A stretch of 64,000 nucleotides of DNA from Squalus acanthias (taxonomy: Eukaryota). The translations under genes and the position numbers were made by a program. Location: the NCBI GenBank assembly GCA_030390025.1, contig JASTWF010000035.1:2232001-2296000 (forward strand), in the 5' to 3' direction. Under the pieces are notes generated by a model. It ran no database searches and had not been told where the DNA came from. It saw only the letters and a list, made by a program, of their open reading frames with translations. This document shows positions 59,527-64,000 of this stretch, one piece after another (position 1 is the first letter of the stretch; each line of letters opens with the position of its first letter).

Positions 59527-60142
59527 CCCCACTCCCCACCCACACTCACCACCCACCAACCACACCCACCAACCCACACTCCCCAACCCACACTCCCCAA
59601 CCCCACTCCCCACCCACACTCCCCACCCACCCTCCCCATCCCCACCCACACTCACCAACCCAACTCCCCACCCACCCTCCCATCCCCCACCCACACTCAC
59701 CACCCCCCTCCCCATCCCCACCCACACTCACCAACCCCACTCCCCACCCACACTCCCCACCCCCCTCCCCACCCACACTCCCCACCCACACTCACCACCC
59801 CCACCCACACTCCCCACCCCCACTCCCCACCCACACTCCCCACCCACACTCACCAACCCCACCCCCACTCCCCACCCACACTCACCACCCCCCACCCACA
59901 CTCATCACCCCCACTCCCCACCCACACTCACCAACCCCACCCCCCACTCCCCACCCACACTCCCCATCCTCCCTCCCCATCTCCCCACCCACACTCCCCA
60001 CGATCCCACTCACATACCCCACCCACAAAGCACACCCCACTTCCCACAATCCCATTCCCCACAATCCCACTCCTCACTCCCCACCCACACTCTCCATGAT
60101 CCTACCCCACACGCCCCAATATCCCGCCCACACTCCCCACGA
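59527..60142. repeat. C/A-rich simple repeat (ccccacccacact-like)
   Basis: Direct reading. Confidence 0.9.
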
Positions 60143-61468
60143 TCATAAGAACATAAGAATTAGGAGCAGGAGCAGGGCATTCGGCCCCTCGAGCCTGCTC
60201 CGCCATTCATGGCTGATCTTTGACCTCATCTCCACTTTCCTGCACTATCCCCATATCCCTTGATTCCATTAATATCCAAATATCTATCAATCTCTGTCTT
60301 GAACATACTTAATGACTGAGCTTCCACAGTCCTCTGGAGCAGAGAATTCCAAAGATTCACAACTCTCTGAGTGAAGAAATTTCTCCTCATCTCAGTCCTA
60401 AATGGCCGACCCCTTATTCTGAGACTGTGACCCCTGGTTCTAGACTCCCCAGCCAGGGGAAACATCCTCCCAACATCTACCCTGTCAAGCCCTGTAAGAA
60501 TTTTGTATGTTTCAATGAGATCACCTCTCATTCTTCTAAACTCTCGGGAATATAGGCCTAGTCTACTCAACCTCTCTTCATAGGCCAATCCCCCCATCCC
60601 AGGAATCAGTCTGATGAACCTTCGCTGCACTCCCTCTAAGGAAATTATATCTTTCCTCAGCTAAGGAGATCAAAACTGTGCACAGTACTTCAGGTGTGGT
60701 CTCATCAAAGCCCTATATAATTGCAGCAAGACTTCCTTACTCTTATACTACAACCTCCTTGCCAGAAAGGCTAACATAACATTTGGTTTCCTAATTGCTT
60801 GCTGTGCCTGCATGTTAACTTTCTGTGATTCATGAAGAGGACACCGAAATCTCTCCAAATCCCAACAGTTACTAGCCTTTAACCTTATAAAAAATATTCC
60901 ACTTTTCCATTCTTCCTACCAAAGTGGATAATTTCACACTTCCTCACATTATACGGTACGATAGCATAGTGGTACGTTACTGGACTAATGATCCAGAGAC
61001 ATGAGTTCACATCCCACCATGGCAGCTGGGGAATTTAAATTCAGTTAATTAAATAAATCTGGAATAAAAAGCTAGTGTCAGTAATGGTGACCATGAAACT
61101 ATCGGATTGTTGTAAAAACCCATCTGGTTCACGAATGTCCTTTAGGGAAGGAAATCTGCCGTCCTTACCCGGTCTGGCCTATATGTGACTCCAGACCCAC
61201 AGCAATGTGGTTGACTCTTAAGTGCTCTCTGAAATGGCCGAGCAAGCCTCACCATCACCTTCGCAAGGGCAATTAGGGATGGGTAATAAATGCTGGCTAT
61301 GCCAGCGACACCCACATCCCATGAACGAAAAAAAAATACTCCACCTGCCAACTTCTTGCCCAATCACTGAACCAGTCTATATCTCTTTGCCGCCTCTTTG
61401 CGTCCTCCTCACAGCTTACTATCCCACCTAGCTTTGTATTGTCAGCAAATTTGGATACATTATGCTTG
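60143..61468 (-). mobile_element. CR1 3' fragment split by a SINE
   Basis: ORF 60226-60630; cacattATAC...ATACtccacctgcca restored across the SINE. Confidence 0.88.
60955..61335 (+). mobile_element. tRNA-derived Deu-domain SINE (SacSINE1-like)
   Basis: A-box-like tagcatagtgg, B-box-like gagttcacatccc, recognised core aaaacccatctggttcac...agggaaggaaatctgccgtccttacc...gactccagacccacagcaatgtggttgactctt, A-rich end and a short atac duplication. Confidence 0.8.
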
Positions 61469-61770
61469 TTAATCTCCTCTTAACCCTCTCTGCTCTAAGG
61501 AGAACAACTCCAGCTTCTCAAGTCTCTCCAAATAACTGAAGTCCCTCATCTCTGGTACCATTCTAGTAAATCTCTTCTGCATCCTCTCCAAAGCCTTCAC
61601 ATCCTCCCTAAAGTGTGGTGCCCAGAATTGGACACAATACTCCAGCTGAGGCCTAACCAGTGTCTTATAAAGTTTTAGCATAATTTCCTTGCTTTTGTAC
61701 TCTATGCCTCTATTAATAAAGCCAAGGAATCCGTATGTCTTTTAACAGCCTTCTCAACTTGTTCGGCCAC

Positions 61771-61998
61771 TGACGCAAGAAAACTACTAGGCACTTGGTC
61801 TAAGCATTAAACAAACCTTTAATCAACTGTTTTACAACATGGAGGTCTAGTTGTGTCCTTCACTAGTTCCTGTTAAGAATGTCCTACGCAAGCTGGGCCC
61901 GTGCCCGAGTATTTATACTCTCCCTGGACACCGCCACCCGCAGGCCGCTCAGTATTATTTCATAAGTCATTTCCACATGAATGACAAGATTCATGTCA
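61771..61998 (-). mobile_element. Solo LTR (228 bp)
   Basis: TGAC...GTCA termini with perfect 5-bp TSD gccac (61766-61770 and 61999-62003). On the minus strand TATAAATA (about 61910-61917) precedes ATTAAA (about 61818-61823). Confidence 0.8.
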
Positions 61999-62308
61999 GC
62001 CACTTTCAAAGATTTGTGTACATACACCCCCAAATCCCTGCACCCCTTTAAAATAGTACCATTTAGTTTATATTGCTTGCCTCATCCTTCCTGCCAAAAT
62101 GTTCACTTCACACTTCTCTGCATTAAATTTCATCTGCCATGTGTCTGCCCATTTTACCAGTCTGTCTATGTCCTCCTGAGGTCTGTTACTATCCTCCTCA
62201 CTGTTTACTACATTTCTGAGTTTCATCTCATCTGCAGACTTTGTAATGATGCCCTGTATACCCAAGTCCAGGTCATGAATATATCTCAAAAAGAGCAGTG
62301 GTCCTAAC

Positions 62309-62451
62309 CAACACTCCCACTATGCCTGGAGGTCCTGCACAGGCCGTTCACCGGCTGTACAATGCGAGATTTTACACATGAAATTTTGAATGGGCCGCAC
62401 AGCCCGTTAAAGGGACCGTGCACCCAAAAATAGAAATTAAGGGAAACATTG
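62309..62451. mobile_element. Small non-autonomous hAT-like element (143 bp)
   Basis: Perfect 8-bp TSD gtcctaac (62301-62308 and 62452-62459); imperfect TIR caacactccc / gggaaacattg. Confidence 0.7.
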
Positions 62452-62919
62452 GTCCTAACACCGACCCCGGGGGACACCACTGTGAACTTCCCTCCAGTCT
62501 GAAAAACAACCATTCACCACTCTCTGCTTTCTGTCCCTCAGACAATTCTGTATCCACGCTGCCACTGTCCCTTTAATCCCATGGGCTTTAATTTTGCGAA
62601 CAAGTCTATTATGTGGTACTTTGTCAAACACCTTTTGAAATTCCATATCCAAGATATCAACCGCATTATCCTCATCAACCCTTCCTGTTACTTCGTCAAA
62701 GAATTCATAGAATCATAGAATTACAGCACAGAAGGAGGCCATTTGGCCCATCGCGCCCGTGCCGGCTCTCTGCAAGAACACTTCAGCTAGTCCCACTCCC
62801 CCACCCGTTCCCCGATACTTGTCCAAGTGGCTGTTAATTTTGTCCCAGATTATCATTTCTAAAAGCTTGCAACAGTGTCCAGATTAATGTTTTATTCCTG
62901 GCAATTCCAGGACAATCCT

Positions 62920-63401
62920 GGAAGGTTTACGAGAATGATTCCAGGGATGAGGAACTTCAGTTACGTTGATAGACTAGAGAAGCTGGGGTTGTTCTCCTTG
63001 GAGCAGAGAAGGTTGAGAGGAGATATGATCGAGGTGTTCAAAATCATGAGGGGTCCAGACAGAGTAGATAGAGAGAAACTGTTCCCATTGGCAGAAGGAT
63101 CGAGAATCAGAGGACACAGATTTAAGGTGATTGGGAAAAGAACCAAAGGCGGCATGAGCAAAAGCTTTTTTACACAGCGAGTGATTAGGATCTGGAATAC
63201 ACTGCCTGAAAGAGTGGTGGAGGCAGATTCAATCGTGGCTTTCAAAAGGGAATTGAATAAGTATCTGAAGGGAAAACATTTGCAGGGCTACGGGGAAAGG
63301 GCGGGGGGAGTGGGACTAGCTGAAGTGCTCTTGCAGAGAGCCGGCACGGGCTCGGCGGGCCGAATGGCCTCCTACTGTGCTGTAACCATTCTATGATTCT
63401 A
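62920..63401 (+). mobile_element. CR1 3' end (ctatgatt subfamily)
   Basis: [22 protein letters not shown]..., then the tail ccattctatgattcta. Confidence 0.9.
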
Positions 63402-63883
63402 GGTTGAAATCCTAGCTGGAGGCCAACATTGGGTGTGAAAAATCAGGCCTGTCTTTGATGCCCTCCTTGGTAGAGCAAGACTGCTAACACTCAAGGTATA
63501 GGCTCGCAGATGAAGAATGAATGAGGTTAGGCACCACAGAGCAGCCAGCACCCTTTTAACTGTACTACAGTGTGAGGCAACACTTTGAAGACAGCAGGAG
63601 AGAAAATGGGGGGAAAATTAGACAGTGCAGAATATTTAAATGAGTTTGCAACTGTTTCAGTTTTGCTGGTAATAAGTGTCAATCCTAATAGTTTTCTAAT
63701 GTTGACCTATTCCGCTCTTCTTCCTCCACGAGTTTGAGCCTCACTAATCAACCCCAGCAGCTCCTTTCCTCCGTGCAGCTGCCGCCTGTTTCCTCGTCTT
63801 TTCTTCATTTGATTGACAATCGCGACCGCGCAGACAACAAAAATAGGACAAAAAATTCAAATCTGAAACGGAACCGACGTCTG

Positions 63884-64000
63884 CAACAACAACAACTTGT
63901 ATTTCTATAGCGCCTTTAACGTAGTAAAACGTCCCAAGCTTCACAGGAGTGTTATAAGACAAAAATTGACACCGAGCCACATAAGGAGAAATTAGGGCAG
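63884..64000 (-). mobile_element. 3' end of an L2-like LINE running off the window
   Basis: Minus-strand terminus aggcgctatagaaatacaagttgttgttgttg, recognised as an L2-type tail. Confidence 0.55.

Larger units (their letters stand above)
61469..62705 (-). mobile_element. Degenerate CR1 RT fragment hosting a solo LTR and a hAT-like MITE
   Basis: [33 protein letters not shown] and FDKVPHNRLV. Confidence 0.85.

Noticed and set aside
60955..61030. tRNA gene
   Set aside because: A- and B-box-like motifs belong to a SINE head; no full cloverleaf could be drawn.
607..63245. Recurrent ORFs such as [12 protein letters not shown]... and [15 protein letters not shown]...
   Set aside because: Antisense frames of CR1 reverse transcriptase copies.
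63402..63883. Next upstream ADAM exon (KYVEL..VAD type) in the unique sequence
   Set aside because: No matching peptide with splice sites was found; it probably lies beyond the window, as do the downstream disintegrin exons.

Overview
This is vertebrate genomic DNA, most likely from a cartilaginous fish (inferred from HER1-type CR1 LINEs, an HE1-like V-SINE and a Deu-domain SINE). Most of the window lies inside the introns of one minus-strand ADAM metalloprotease gene. I read five canonical AG/GT exons by eye (59403-59474, 44823-44989, 41307-41391, 29123-29265, 5530-5707). They splice in frame to 215 aa containing an intact [12 protein letters not shown] zinc site, the CIM Met-turn and the start of the disintegrin domain. 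The ORF track shows only the last of these exons. The introns are packed with nested mobile DNA: more than 20 CR1 pieces (one retaining its 5' end and esterase ORF1), a complete 4.1-kb two-gene Harbinger transposon plus several MITEs, a Penelope-like element with a GIY-YIG ORF and a hammerhead-like motif, a solo LTR, a small hAT-like element and SINEs. There are also two very large complex microsatellite fields, CT-rich at 33.1-40.2 kb and GA-rich at 45.3-55.6 kb, the latter part of a satellite+CR1 triplication. All ORFs over 600 aa in the track are satellite artefacts or satellite-CR1 read-throughs. No prokaryotic system, CRISPR array, tRNA or rRNA gene was found. Family names come from motif recognition, not database searches.
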